Below, piece by piece: positions 39,603 to 49,084 of a stretch of DNA of 64,000 bases. Made by a program: the position numbers and the translations under genes. Each line of letters begins with the position of its first letter. Positions within the stretch are counted from its first letter, which is position 1. The notes beneath the pieces are model-generated. The model worked only from the letters and a program-made list of their open reading frames with translations, made no database searches and had not been told where the DNA came from. Source of the DNA: Kiritimatiellia bacterium (GTDB lineage: Bacteria; Verrucomicrobiota; Kiritimatiellia; RFP12; UBA1067); assembly GCA_050949565.1 (NCBI GenBank), contig JBMNFY010000001.1, positions 1 to 64,000 of the forward strand. The letters run 5' to 3'.

Positions 39603-40402
39603 CGAGGCCCCCTTGAGTAACGGCGGCGACCGCTGGAGCCGGGCGCGTTTTCGAGTTTGTGTTGGACTGCGATCAAAGGTTCGGCTACAGCCGGATCGAT
39701 GAAGTCCGTGATTTCGAGTTGGGACGCCTCGCCGCGCAACTCGTCCGGCACGATCACGGCGAGGTCGTCATAGGTACGCACGAGCGAGGTGGTCATCTCA
39801 TTGAAAAACCGGACACCGAGTTCCGGCGTCATCTCTTCGCCCAAGGCCAGGGTGTCGGCAAGTCCTTGCATGGTAGCCTGCAACTCTGCGTTCATGGCGT
39901 CGATCGAAGCATCGAACAGTGCCGTGGCCTCCGCATCCAGCTTGAGGCGGTTGAGCCATTGTGAGCGCGCGATCTGCACGCGGGTGGCCCACAGTTCCTT
40001 GGCCTCCTCAATGCGTGCTTGCAGATCTTCCGGCGACGTCCTGCGAATCTCTTCGTTTTCCGCGTCTGGAGGCGGAGGCGTATTCGTGGCGGTCGCAGGG
40101 GTGGGGGTATCCGTTGTTGCCTGCGCGACGTGCGTTGTTGGTGCGGATGTCGTCACATCCGTGTCGCGGACGGCTGGTGCCGGTTTACGGTCGGGGCCGG
40201 GAACATGGGTAGCCCGTTCGGGGATTTGAACCATGCGGGTGATCGCGTCGAAGCGAGAATCCTTCTCACGGCTCGATGTTTTCGTTTTGAGGTCATCCAT
40301 CTCCCGCCGGAGCATCCGCAGTTCCTCTCGCGGCGCCCACCCGCCGATCAGGATGCCGATCAACACGGCGAAAGGCAACAGCAGAAAAGATTTCATGATC
40401 AT
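39599..40402 (-). CDS. Membrane-anchored hypothetical protein, first gene of the ABC operon
   Basis: N-terminal TM, T/P-rich linker, helical C-terminus; overlaps the permease start; start codon uncertain. Confidence 0.65.
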   Translation of the reverse strand: MIMKSFLLLPFAVLIGILIGGWAPREELRMLRREMDDLKTKTSSREKDSRFDAITRMVQIPERATHVPGPDRKPAPAVRDTDVTTSAPTTHVAQATTDTPTPATATNTPPPPDAENEEIRRTSPEDLQARIEEAKELWATRVQIARSQWLNRLKLDAEATALFDASIDAMNAELQATMQGLADTLALGEEMTPELGVRFFNEMTTSLVRTYDDLAVIVPDELRGEASQLEITDFIDPAVAEPLIAVQHKLENAPGSSGRRRYSRGPR

Positions 40403-40524
40403 GAAGCATATCACGCGGCGGTTTGCAACGACGAGTGTAAAAGCGGTTGGAATGTCATTTTTGGAGGGCGAGTGTCCTCACGAGCCGCCTTCCGCTGTGC
40501 GGAAGGATGGTCTCAGGTTTCATT

Positions 40525-41471
40525 GCGGAGCGCCGGGAGGGACGAGCGTCGCTCGTCCGGGCGGCGTTTTACGCCGCCACACGGGCAAGATGCCCGTGCC
40601 ACATCTAGTCACCCGTCTCGCGGAGCACTGGGAGGGGCAAGCGTCTGCTTGCCCGCGGACGAGCAGACGCTCGTCCCTCCCCAGCGGCGGTCACGCCGCC
40701 ACCCCGTAAAAAAATCTCTGCGCCTCCGCGTCTCTGCGTTAAAAAACCGACGAAGTGTAGGGACAAAGTGTTGCTCTGCTTTTTCGCCGCTGCATAAGCC
40801 ATTCATCCGTCTCGCGGAGCGCCGGGAGGGACGAGCGTTGCTCGTCCGGGCGGCGTTTTACGCCGCCACACGGGCAAGATGCCCGTGCCACATCTAGTCA
40901 CCCGTCTCGCGGAGCACTGGGAGGGGCAAGCGTCTGCTTGCCCGCGGACGAGCAGACGCTCGTCCCTCCCCAGCGGCGGTCACGCCGCCACCCCGTAAAA
41001 AAATCTCTGCGCCTCCGCGTCTCTGCGTTAAAAAACCGACGAAGTGTAGGGACAAAGTGTTGCTCTGCTTTTTCGCCGCTGCATAAGCCATTCATCCGTC
41101 TCGCGGAGCGCCGGGAGGGACGAGCGTTGCTCGTCCGGGCGGCGTTTTACGCCGCCACACGGGCAAGATGCCCGTGCCACATCTAGTCACCCGTCTCGCG
41201 GAGCACTGGGAGGGGCAAGCGTCTGCTTGCCCGCGGACGAGCAGACGCTCGTCCCTCCCCAGCGGCGGTCACGCCGCCACCCCGTAAAAAAATCTCTGCG
41301 CCTCCGCGTCTCTGCGTTAAAAAACCGACGAAGTGTAGGGACAAAGTGTTGCTCTGCTTTTTCGCCGCTGCATAAGCCATTCATCCGTCTCGCGGAGCGC
41401 CGGGAGGGACGAGCGTTGCTCGTCCGGGCGGCGTTTTACGCCGCCATCACGGGCAAGATGCCCGTGCCACA
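40525..41471 (+). repeat. Near-exact 289-bp tandem repeat (~3.3 copies) made of REP modules
   Basis: Units start at 40525, 40814, 41103, 41392; identical ORFs offset by 289. Confidence 0.93.
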
Positions 41472-41826
41472 CAGCCCGGTACCGGTCTTGTGCAACAAAG
41501 GGACAGGTATTTAGACGATTCAAAGTCAATCAGGATTTTGACGGGACGGTGATCTTAAACCAATCGATCCCGATAGCGATCCCGATCCCGGTTTGGATGA
41601 AATCTTGAAACCAAAGAGAGCTGAAGGTTCAACTGCTTTTAGATTCAAGTGTGCGAACGCCGATATGCAACCCGAAACCAGAAACCAGAAACCGTGCCCG
41701 CTGTCAGCGGGCTTCAAAGTTTGGTGGCGGTTGGGGGGCTGTCATGCTAAACTGGCGCGCAAATGAAGAGGCAGAGTTGACTTGCCTGTTTTGTTCCGGA
41801 GAAGCCCCCTGAAATCAGAGATCACA

Positions 41827-43458
41827 ATGCTGTCGGGTGAGCGCACGGGTGAGAAGCGTGACGGCCTGACGGATGTACTGGCCGGTGGGCCGACGTTGCA
41901 AGTGCCGCACGACCCGGCGCGGCGGCGTCAGCTCGCTGATGCCGCCGCGACCTACGCGGATCGCGAACGGCTTGAGCCACCGCTGACGGCTGAGGAACTG
42001 GCGGCGCATGCGCGCTGCCTTGGCGCGGCAATCGCCGCATGCGATGACGAACTCCCCTTTGTGGCGCTGTTGCTCAATAACATGCTGTGGCGTGAGGTCA
42101 TTGCCGGGATTCCCTTTGATCGGCGGTTGCTGCTGTTGCCGCAGTGCCTTGCCCATGCGGAGGTCTGTCGCGCCGACCGTGACGGGCTCGGTTTGCTCTG
42201 TGCGCAGTGCGGCGCGTGTGCGATCGGTGCGTTGCAGGCGGAGGCGGACCGGCTGGGATATGTGACGTTGATTGCGGAAGGCACCACCGTGGTCAGCAAG
42301 TTGCTGATGAGCGGCAAGGTCGATGCCGTGATCGGGGTGGGGTGCATGGAATCTCTGCGCCGCATCTTTCCAGTCATGAACACGCACGCCATCCCCGGAC
42401 AGGGCATCCCGTTGCTCACCGATGGCTGCGTGCGGACAACGCTGGATATCGATTGGGCGCTGGAATCGCTCCGCATCCGCAGGGCTGAAGCCAAGAATGG
42501 CGCGACCGATCTGGATGCGGTCGCCGCAGTCGTTCGTCAGTGGTTTGAGCCGGAATCGTTAGCCGTCCTGATGGGGCGTCCCGAAACCGAGGCGCAGCGT
42601 GTGGGGCAGGCGTGGCTGGCGACGGGCGGCAAACGCTGGCGGCCGCTGCTGACGGCGGCGGTCTATGAGGCTGCGGGCGGTGACATCGAACGGATCAAGG
42701 CGGCGGCGGTGGCGGTCGAGTGCTTCCACAAAGCGTCGTTGGTGCATGACGACATCGAGGATGGTGACGTTGAACGCTATGGCGAACCGACCGTCCATGC
42801 GCAGGTCGGCGTGCCGGCCGCGATCAATGTCGGCGACTATCTGATCGGCGAGGGCTACCGCTTGCTGGCGTCGTCTGAGTTTGATGGCGCGGTGTGCGCG
42901 GAGATGCTGCTGGCTGCGGCCAACGGTCACCGCGAACTCTGCCTAGGGCAAGGCGAGGAACTGGCTTTTTGCCGTAAGCCGGCACCGGTTACCGAGGCCG
43001 AGGTGTTGCGCATCTATGCGCAGAAGACTGCGGCGGCGTTCGAGGTCGCCGTGCAGGTCGGCGCAACAGCGGCTGGTGTCGGCGCGGAGACGCGCGCGCT
43101 GCTTTCGGCGTTCAGCCAGGCGGTCGGAACCGCTTATCAGATCCAGGATGACATCGCGGATTTCCACTCGGTGCGCGGACGGGCCGCCGACATGCTGGCC
43201 ATGCGGCCGACGCTCTTTCTGGCTGCGGCCTGCACCAGCGAGCACCCTGCCGTGCGCGAAGCGTTGAAGGCGGTCTGGCAGGGTGATGCCGCCGGTCGTG
43301 AACGCCTGATTGACGCGATTACCGAGGCGGGCCTGCGTACGCGCGTTGATTTGCTCTATGCCCATTACAAACACGAGACCACGCGCGTGCTCTCCGACAT
43401 TCCGCACAGTGGACTTAAACGGCTGTTGCGCCGGATCATGAAACGCATGCTGCGCTAG
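41827..43458 (+). CDS. DUF116-polyprenyl synthetase fusion
   Basis: RRLLLLPQCL...C....CAQCGAC (DUF116); GGKRWRP, LVHDDIED, GQ, KT, YQIQDD. Confidence 0.85.
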   Translation: MLSGERTGEKRDGLTDVLAGGPTLQVPHDPARRRQLADAAATYADRERLEPPLTAEELAAHARCLGAAIAACDDELPFVALLLNNMLWREVIAGIPFDRRLLLLPQCLAHAEVCRADRDGLGLLCAQCGACAIGALQAEADRLGYVTLIAEGTTVVSKLLMSGKVDAVIGVGCMESLRRIFPVMNTHAIPGQGIPLLTDGCVRTTLDIDWALESLRIRRAEAKNGATDLDAVAAVVRQWFEPESLAVLMGRPETEAQRVGQAWLATGGKRWRPLLTAAVYEAAGGDIERIKAAAVAVECFHKASLVHDDIEDGDVERYGEPTVHAQVGVPAAINVGDYLIGEGYRLLASSEFDGAVCAEMLLAAANGHRELCLGQGEELAFCRKPAPVTEAEVLRIYAQKTAAAFEVAVQVGATAAGVGAETRALLSAFSQAVGTAYQIQDDIADFHSVRGRAADMLAMRPTLFLAAACTSEHPAVREALKAVWQGDAAGRERLIDAITEAGLRTRVDLLYAHYKHETTRVLSDIPHSGLKRLLRRIMKRMLR

Positions 43459-43473
43459 GGGAGAGAACGTGCA

Positions 43474-44916
43474 GTGCGTCGAGTCTTGCCATATCTTGTG
43501 ACTGTCGTTGCGGCGGTACTGGCGGTGAGGAGCGTGCGCCATTGGCTGAGCCGTGAGGCGCCGACCGTTGTCGCGCTCCGTGAAGCCACAGCCGATGGAT
43601 CGTTGGCCGAAGCTGCGGCGGCTGCGACGTTCGGCGAAACCGATCTGGCGGGTTGCTTCATGATCGACCGCGATGTTTCGCCCGGTACAATTGCAGGCAC
43701 GTGGCCCGGCTTCAGAGGCCCCGCGCGCGATAACATCGCGACGCAGAGCGGCACGCTGGCGGAGACGTGGGGGAGCGACGGCCCGCGCGTGGTTTGGTCG
43801 ATCCCAGTGGGTGACGGACACGCCATGCCCGCATTGTCGGGCGGCAACCTCTATCTTCTCGATTATGACGAGGCGCGTGGCGGCGACTGTTTGCGCTGCC
43901 TCAACGCCGACACCGGCCAGCAGCGCTGGGAACATCTGTATGCGGTCAAGGCCAAGCGCAACCACGGTATTTCACGCACGGTAACGACCACCGATGGTGA
44001 TGCCGTGGTTTCGATCGGGCCGCAATGCCATGTGCTCTGCTTGGATGCGCGTAATGGGAGTTACCGCTGGGGCATCAGTCTGCCGCAGCGCTATGGTACC
44101 AAGGTTCCGCTCTGGTACGCCGGTCAATGCCCGCTGATTGATAACGGGCTGGCGATTTTGGCACCGGCCGGCACGAATACGCTACTTGTCGGCATTGATC
44201 TCAAGAGTGGCGCGACTGTTTTCGAAACGCCCAATCCCGGCGACCTCGCCATGTCACATTCTTCGATCATGGTACTGACGGCGGACGGGGTGCGTCAGTA
44301 TCTCTACGCGGCATTGGGCGGCATTGTGGGTGTAGCTGCGGATGGCGAGGCGCGCGGCCGCCTGCTGTGGCGTACCGAGGCCTTCAGTCCCAGTGTTATC
44401 GCGCCTTCGCCGGTGCCGCTGAGCGACGGTCGCTTTTTCATGACGGCGGGGTACGGCTCGGGCGGCGCGATGTTCCGGGTTTCGCGTGACGGCGATGCGT
44501 GGCGCGCTGACCTCCTCTTCAAGACCGACCGCAAGCAGTTCGCGAGCGAACAGCAAACACCTGTGTTTCATGACGGACGGCTCTACACGGTCCTGCCCAG
44601 CGACGGCGGCGGGGAGCGTCAGCAGCTTGTCTGCATGACGCCGGAGGGCGAACGTCTGTGGGCCAGCGGCCCGGAACACACCTTCGGGCTGGGGCCGTAT
44701 CTGCTGACGGCTGACGGACTCGCCGTACTGCTGGATGATGTCGGCACGCTCACGCTCGCGCGCGTCGGACAAGAGGGCTTCCGCGTGTTGGCGCAACATG
44801 CGGTGATGGGGCGCAAAGGCCGCGACGCATGGGGGCCGATGGTGTTGGTCAGCGGTCGCCTCTTCCTGCGCGACAGCACGCGGCTCTATTGCCTTGATCT
44901 CGGCGGGATTTTTTAA
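43474..44916 (+). CDS. PQQ-like beta-propeller repeat protein (BamB-like)
   Basis: WPGFRGPARD, CLNADTG...W, CLDARNG...W, SPV, GRLFLRD...LYCLDL. Confidence 0.85.
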   Translation: MRRVLPYLVTVVAAVLAVRSVRHWLSREAPTVVALREATADGSLAEAAAAATFGETDLAGCFMIDRDVSPGTIAGTWPGFRGPARDNIATQSGTLAETWGSDGPRVVWSIPVGDGHAMPALSGGNLYLLDYDEARGGDCLRCLNADTGQQRWEHLYAVKAKRNHGISRTVTTTDGDAVVSIGPQCHVLCLDARNGSYRWGISLPQRYGTKVPLWYAGQCPLIDNGLAILAPAGTNTLLVGIDLKSGATVFETPNPGDLAMSHSSIMVLTADGVRQYLYAALGGIVGVAADGEARGRLLWRTEAFSPSVIAPSPVPLSDGRFFMTAGYGSGGAMFRVSRDGDAWRADLLFKTDRKQFASEQQTPVFHDGRLYTVLPSDGGGERQQLVCMTPEGERLWASGPEHTFGLGPYLLTADGLAVLLDDVGTLTLARVGQEGFRVLAQHAVMGRKGRDAWGPMVLVSGRLFLRDSTRLYCLDLGGIF

Positions 44917-45000
44917 CGCAGAGGCGCAGAGACGCAGAGGTTTTTTGGGGGGTGATTATTGCGACCACGCAGTGGCTCGCAATGATGAGTGTAAAACGGG
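44908..45000. repeat. Mosaic repeat (ACGCAGAG module plus TTGCGACCAC..GTGG..CGCAA hairpin)
   Basis: Same modules as at ~34005-34112 and ~37480-37515. Confidence 0.8.
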
Positions 45001-45173
45001 CGGGAGGATGGGCGCTGGGCGCGCGTGGGGCATGCAATGGGTGCTCGCGCGAGGAGACAGCCCGGCAAAGAGCCCAAAATGCTGTGAATGGTCACGGGCG
45101 GGGCATGGCTGCGCGGTGCAAGGTTTTAACCTCGTCTTTGTGACCACTGGGTGGTCACAAAAAATGGGGGTGG

Positions 45174-47486
45174 TCAGAAAAGCTCTTGCTGGCGATAGGG
45201 CGTGTCTGGTGGATCGGCAGTCTTTTGTGCGGTGCGCGGCGTTTCCGGTGCGGGGGCGCTGCTGGGTGTGGCTGTGCCTGTGAGCAGGGCGAGCAGGCCG
45301 GCCTCGTCGATGACTGTCGTTCCCAGTGCGCGCGCTTTGTTGGTTTTGGTCGCGCCGACGTTGCCACCTGCCACCAAGTAGCGCGTCTGTTTGGTGACCG
45401 CATCCTGTACGGTGCCACCGGCGGCTTTGATCTGCTCGGCTATCTGTGTGCGCGGTTGGGAGAGGGTGCCGGTCAGCACAAACGTCACACCCGCGAGCGG
45501 TGCATCGGCGGGTACCGGCAATCGGGCTTTGGCCTGCGGGTCGATGCCCAGTTCGCGCAACCGCGCCAAGTAACGCTGGCCGTAGTCGCTGGCAAAATAG
45601 GCCAACACCGAACGTGCGGCTTCGGTCTTGATCACGCTGCTGTAGAGCGGCGGCAGAGTGGAGCCCGGGGTTTTGGTGGCGACGCCAGCCGCGACAAGCT
45701 CATCGCCGGTCACGCCGATTTCGCCGCACAGGCGGTTGAAACGCGCTTGGCGTTCTTCACGCTCCTCATCGTTTTGGGGGCGGTTGAGCGTTGAGCGCGG
45801 ATTGACCGCAGCGGCCTCGGCGTATAGCTCGGCCAGCCGCACCACCGCTTGCAGGATCGGCGACGCATCGAGGTCGGAGAAGCGTGCGTGTGCGGCGGCG
45901 ATCTGTTCGGCCACCGTCACGCCGATGCCCGGGATGCCGGTCGCAAAGAGCCAGCGATCCAGCGGCAGGGTGCGCGCCGCGTCCAAGGCGTCCAGCGCGG
46001 TTTGCGCGTTCTTGCCGAAGCGGCGCGTGCCGGAGGCTTCGTCGCCGATGCGGAAGGCTTCGAGTTGCGGCAACGTAAGTGAAAAGAGATCGAGCGGATC
46101 GCGCACCAGTTCCTGCGCCACGAGTGCTTCGGCGACCTTGCCGCCGATGGCGCGGATGTCGAGCGCGTCGCGCGAGGCGAAATGCTCCAGCCGACCGACG
46201 CGTTGCGCGGGGCAGGCCGGATTGACGCAGCGGTGGGCGACCTCATCTTCGCGGCGCACCACGGGACTGTCGCATTCGGGGCAGGTCTCGGGCATGGAGA
46301 AGACACGCTCTTCGCCGGTACGCTTCTCGGTCAGCACGCTTTCAATCGCGGGGATCACGTCGCCGGCTTTGACGACCCAGACGCGGTCGCCCACGCGGAT
46401 ATCCTTGCGCGCGATTTCATCGGCGTTGTGCAGCGTGGCGCGCGCGATTTCGGAACCGGCCAGCAAGACAGGGTCTAGTTCGGCGACCGGCGTGAGCACA
46501 CCGGTGCGACCGACCTGTACCGTGATCTGCCAGATGCGGGTTTCGGCGCGTTCGGGTTCGTATTTGAAGGCGCGCGCCCAACGCGGCGATTTGGCGGTGC
46601 TGCCCAGTCGCTCATACAACTCGCGACGATTAACCTTCACAACCGCGCCGTCGATCTCAAAGGGGAAGGTGTGGCGCAGTGCTTCGAGTTCATCAATCGC
46701 AGTGAGCACGGCTTGGATGTCCACGCAGAGACGCAGCCACGGGGGCGTGCGGAAACCCCAATCGGCCAGCCGCTGCAAGAGGCCGCTGTGCGAGGGGAAC
46801 ACAGCACCTTTAATGGCACCGGTGGCGTAAAGCATGGCGTCCAGCGGGCGGCGTGCGACTTCGCGCGGGTCGAGCTGCTTGAGCGAACCGGCGGCGGCAT
46901 TACGGGGATTCATGAAGGGCTCGCGTCCCGCCTCCTCTTCACGCTGGTTGAGTTCAGCAAAGCCGTCGCGGCTCATGTAGACTTCACCGCGCACCTCAAG
47001 CAAGGGCGGCGCGTCCGCGAGGCGGAGCGGAATGGAGCGGATGGTCTTGATGTTGGCAGTGATGTCGTCGCCGACCTCGCCGTTGCCGCGCGTCGCGGCG
47101 CGTGTCAGCACGCCGTCTTCGTAGAGCAGTGAAAAGGCGACGCCATCGACTTTCGGTTCGACCACATAGTCCCAGATTTCATCTGGGAGCTGGCGGCGCA
47201 GGAAGGTGTCGAAATCCAAAAGATCGTCCCGCGAATGGGTCTTGTCCAAGCTCATCATCGGTGGGTTGTGGCGGACTTGACGGAAGGCGGCGAGTGGCGC
47301 GCCGCCGACGCGCTGCGTGGGCGAGTCGGGCGTGATCCACTCGGGATGGGCGCGTTCCAGCGCTTCCAGTTCGCGGTAGAGGGCGTCATAGTCGGCGTCG
47401 CCGATTTCAGGACGCGCCTCGACATAGTAGAGACGGTCGTGGCGTCGGATCGTCTCGCGCAGTTTGTTCAGGCGTTCAAGGGACAT
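45174..47486 (-). CDS. ligA: NAD-dependent DNA ligase
   Basis: YY...P.I.DA.YD, EPKVDG, TRGNG..G, EVRGE, NPRNAAAGS, CPEC..C...C zinc finger, BRCT. Confidence 0.96.
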   Translation of the reverse strand: MSLERLNKLRETIRRHDRLYYVEARPEIGDADYDALYRELEALERAHPEWITPDSPTQRVGGAPLAAFRQVRHNPPMMSLDKTHSRDDLLDFDTFLRRQLPDEIWDYVVEPKVDGVAFSLLYEDGVLTRAATRGNGEVGDDITANIKTIRSIPLRLADAPPLLEVRGEVYMSRDGFAELNQREEEAGREPFMNPRNAAAGSLKQLDPREVARRPLDAMLYATGAIKGAVFPSHSGLLQRLADWGFRTPPWLRLCVDIQAVLTAIDELEALRHTFPFEIDGAVVKVNRRELYERLGSTAKSPRWARAFKYEPERAETRIWQITVQVGRTGVLTPVAELDPVLLAGSEIARATLHNADEIARKDIRVGDRVWVVKAGDVIPAIESVLTEKRTGEERVFSMPETCPECDSPVVRREDEVAHRCVNPACPAQRVGRLEHFASRDALDIRAIGGKVAEALVAQELVRDPLDLFSLTLPQLEAFRIGDEASGTRRFGKNAQTALDALDAARTLPLDRWLFATGIPGIGVTVAEQIAAAHARFSDLDASPILQAVVRLAELYAEAAAVNPRSTLNRPQNDEEREERQARFNRLCGEIGVTGDELVAAGVATKTPGSTLPPLYSSVIKTEAARSVLAYFASDYGQRYLARLRELGIDPQAKARLPVPADAPLAGVTFVLTGTLSQPRTQIAEQIKAAGGTVQDAVTKQTRYLVAGGNVGATKTNKARALGTTVIDEAGLLALLTGTATPSSAPAPETPRTAQKTADPPDTPYRQQELF

Positions 47487-47512
47487 AGCGGCTCCGGGGT
47501 TGGAGTGGGGCA

Positions 47513-48481
47513 TCAAACGGCTTCGATCAAGGGCGTGAGGCGGGGCAGACATTCGTCAACCGCCGCGCGGCCGTCGGCGATGGCTTCAGGACCGCAGTGG
47601 AACTCAAGCGTCATGATGTCGCCCACCGCGGGTTGGATCAGGATGTCGGGTGGCGTCATCGCCAGCCCGTCGCGGGTGAGTTGGTTCTCAACCAGACGGA
47701 ACGAGCGGGTCAGTACATCGAAAATGGAGAGTGGGTCGGCCTCTTTCTTTTGCGGCGCATACCAGCGTTTGAACGTGGCTTCGATCGGCCCTTGAAGCTT
47801 TGGTATCGAAGCGCTGATGCGTTCGAGCAGCGGCGCCAATGAATCGGGAGGCTGCGTCGTATTGTGGGTATGCTTCGCTGTGTACGGTAGCGGTTTACGC
47901 GGTTGCTCGGGAGTGTGCAGGTTGATGTCCACGGCGATTACCGTATCCGCGCCCATCGCGCGGCAGGCCGAGACCGGCAGCGGATTGACGAGACCGCCGT
48001 CGATCAGGTTGCGTCCGCGCAGGCGTTGCGGCGTGAAGATACCCGGAATCGCGATGCTGGCGCGGATCGCGTCGAACAGGTTGCCGCTGCTGAAGACCAC
48101 CTCCTTTTCGCACAGCAGATCCGTGGCGACGATACGCAACGGCAGGGGAAGGTCGCTGAACTGGCGGGCGGGGATGATGTCCTTCAGCAGGCTCATGATG
48201 TTCTTGCCGCTGAGCAGGCCCGAGCGCGGCAGGTTGACTTCTAGGAAGAGGCGCGCCGCGTGCCGCCAGTCGAGCTGCGTCGCCAATTCATGCAGGGTGT
48301 CCAGTCTGCCCGTGGCGTAGACCGTGCCGACAATCGAGCCGATGCTGGTGCCGGCGACACAGTGGATCGGTACGCCGAGTTCACGCAGGCGCGACAGGAC
48401 GCCGACGTGCGCCCAACCGCGCGCGCCGCCGCTGCCCAGCGCCACGCCGATCATGCGGGGTTTGTCGTGCTGAGCGGACAT
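47513..48481 (-). CDS. Patatin-like phospholipase (RssA-like)
   Basis: ALGSGGARGWAHVG, GTSIG, DGG. Confidence 0.92.
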   Translation of the reverse strand: MSAQHDKPRMIGVALGSGGARGWAHVGVLSRLRELGVPIHCVAGTSIGSIVGTVYATGRLDTLHELATQLDWRHAARLFLEVNLPRSGLLSGKNIMSLLKDIIPARQFSDLPLPLRIVATDLLCEKEVVFSSGNLFDAIRASIAIPGIFTPQRLRGRNLIDGGLVNPLPVSACRAMGADTVIAVDINLHTPEQPRKPLPYTAKHTHNTTQPPDSLAPLLERISASIPKLQGPIEATFKRWYAPQKKEADPLSIFDVLTRSFRLVENQLTRDGLAMTPPDILIQPAVGDIMTLEFHCGPEAIADGRAAVDECLPRLTPLIEAV

Positions 48482-48482
48482 A

Positions 48483-48833
48483 TCATCTATTCCCTTGCGT
48501 GACAAACGAAGAGGCTTTGCGTTGTGTGACAAAGATCGTGCGCGTGTAGCCGCCGCGGAGCATCTCGGCGTAGATCTTCCCGCGCAGTGAGCGATCAAAG
48601 TTTTCCGGCACGAGGATGTTGATTTCCTGTTCTTGCGGAATACCCGCCTTACGGACTTTTCTGGCGAGGCTTTTCAACTCGACGCGCTCATCGCCAAAGG
48701 TGATGGCACCATAGGCATCCACGGTGATTTCCGGCACTCGCGTGTTTTCAACCACGCGCGAACTAACGCATGCTGTTCCGAGAATCAGAAAAGCAGCCAA
48801 ACCGATCCATGCAGTGAACGGATGTTTTTTCAT
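48483..48833 (-). CDS. Small lipoprotein, weakly ExbD-periplasmic-like
   Basis: Lipobox GTAC; co-oriented with patatin and ligA. Confidence 0.55.
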   Translation of the reverse strand: MKKHPFTAWIGLAAFLILGTACVSSRVVENTRVPEITVDAYGAITFGDERVELKSLARKVRKAGIPQEQEINILVPENFDRSLRGKIYAEMLRGGYTRTIFVTQRKASSFVTQGNR

Positions 48834-48982
48834 AGCAGTGGCAACATGGTAACACAGGTTCGGCTGGAGAGTGAATAACGAATAACGGGACGGGGAGAGG
48901 GAAGAAGTAAACGTTCAACGTTCAAGTATTCCTAATTCGATAGCGATCCCGATACCAACTCCTAAATTCTAAATTTTCCTTC

Positions 48983-49018
48983 GGGCGCGGGCCGGTTTGG
49001 CAAAACCGGCCCGCGCCC
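48983..49018. other. GC-rich hairpin (REP-like or terminator) in divergent intergenic region
   Basis: GGGCGCGGGCCGGTTT-GGCA-AAACCGGCCCGCGCCC. Confidence 0.55.
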
Positions 49019-49084
49019 GCCGCTTTTCCTCTCCCATTTTCGGGTAGGATACGCTAACCTGTTAACCGTCTTTGTAAAAAAACC

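Noticed and set aside
40525-41471. CRISPR array
   Set aside because: The units are 289 bp and essentially identical, with no unique spacers and no cas genes.
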